This document shows, piece by piece, positions 63,514 to 64,000 of a DNA stretch of 64,000 nucleotides. The translations under genes and the position numbers were made by a program. This DNA comes from Chiloscyllium plagiosum (Eukaryota), in the NCBI RefSeq assembly GCF_004010195.1, contig NC_057720.1, positions 31,208,150-31,272,149 of the forward strand, given 5' to 3'. The notes beneath the pieces are model-generated. The model was not told where the DNA came from and did not search any database. It saw nothing but the letters and a program-made list of their open reading frames with translations. Each line of letters begins with the position of its first letter. Positions within the stretch are counted from its first letter, which is position 1.

Positions 63514-64000
63514 GTTCTCTTATGAGGAAAGGCGAGTTTGGCCAGGTTTGTAACTGCTGGTTTCTGTAGAGTAAGAGGTGATTTGACTGAAATATTTAAG
63601 ATTCCCAAGGCCTTGACAGGGTGGATGTGAAACAGCTGTTCCCTCTTGGAGGAGAATCTAGAACCGTTTAAAAAGACGCTTTCCGTTTAACACAAAAATG
63701 AGGAGAAACTCTTTCTCAGATAATCATGAGTCTTTCAAACTCTCTTCTCTAAAGTTGATGGAAGCAGGGAATACCAAGAGCATGAAAGGTTATTGTGGGT
63801 CATCAGATCAGCCATGATCTTATTGAGAGGTGGAGCAGGCTCAAGGAACTGTGCAGCCTATTCCTGCTTCTACTTCCTATTTTCAAAATTAATTCAATAG
63901 TGATGCTGGCAGTGCAGTAATCTACTGGGCCATTATAAAGATGGTTGCTATTTTGAAAAAAAACTTCATCCTTTATCCAATGGAGACAGTGAACAGGCAA

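Larger units (their letters stand above)
62660..63875 (+). mobile_element. Old CR1 3' fragment with nested CR1 (62742-63075) and nested PLEs
   Basis: QQVIRKVNR../LPFIARRMEYKSRE..LMRLLLKYV and VRGDLTEIFKI remnants. The nested copy has a tail tatgactctatgactct. Confidence 0.8.

Overview
Repeat-dense vertebrate genomic DNA, almost certainly from a shark. The evidence is HE1-type tRNA SINEs and HER1/CR1 LINEs; a carpet shark is likely but only inferred. I recognise no intact host protein-coding gene, rRNA, true tRNA gene or CRISPR array, and nearly all listed ORFs are spurious or transposon-derived. Contents: (1) many CR1/HER1 LINE fragments, two of them long and retaining ORF1 plus ORF2 remnants; (2) a second CR1/L2-group LINE lineage; (3) seven HE1 SINEs; (4) a DeuSINE-like element; (5) a fossil Gypsy LTR element at about 46.5-56.0 kb, split by nested insertions; (6) fossil PIF/Harbinger transposase and Myb/SANT genes; (7) a dense set of Penelope-like elements (PLEs) from at least three lineages whose pseudo-LTRs carry minimal type I hammerhead ribozyme (HHR) motifs. 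The most interesting signal is lineage A. It forms young 55-500 bp mini-insertions, with one 0.9 kb copy, that share a fixed tail-less 3' boundary and mostly start or fold back at the 5' edge of the HHR core. Target-site outcomes range from 7-16 bp duplications to a 54-bp duplication and a target deletion. All calls come from reading and hand-translating the sequence, with no database searches, so fragment boundaries are approximate unless a TSD defines them.
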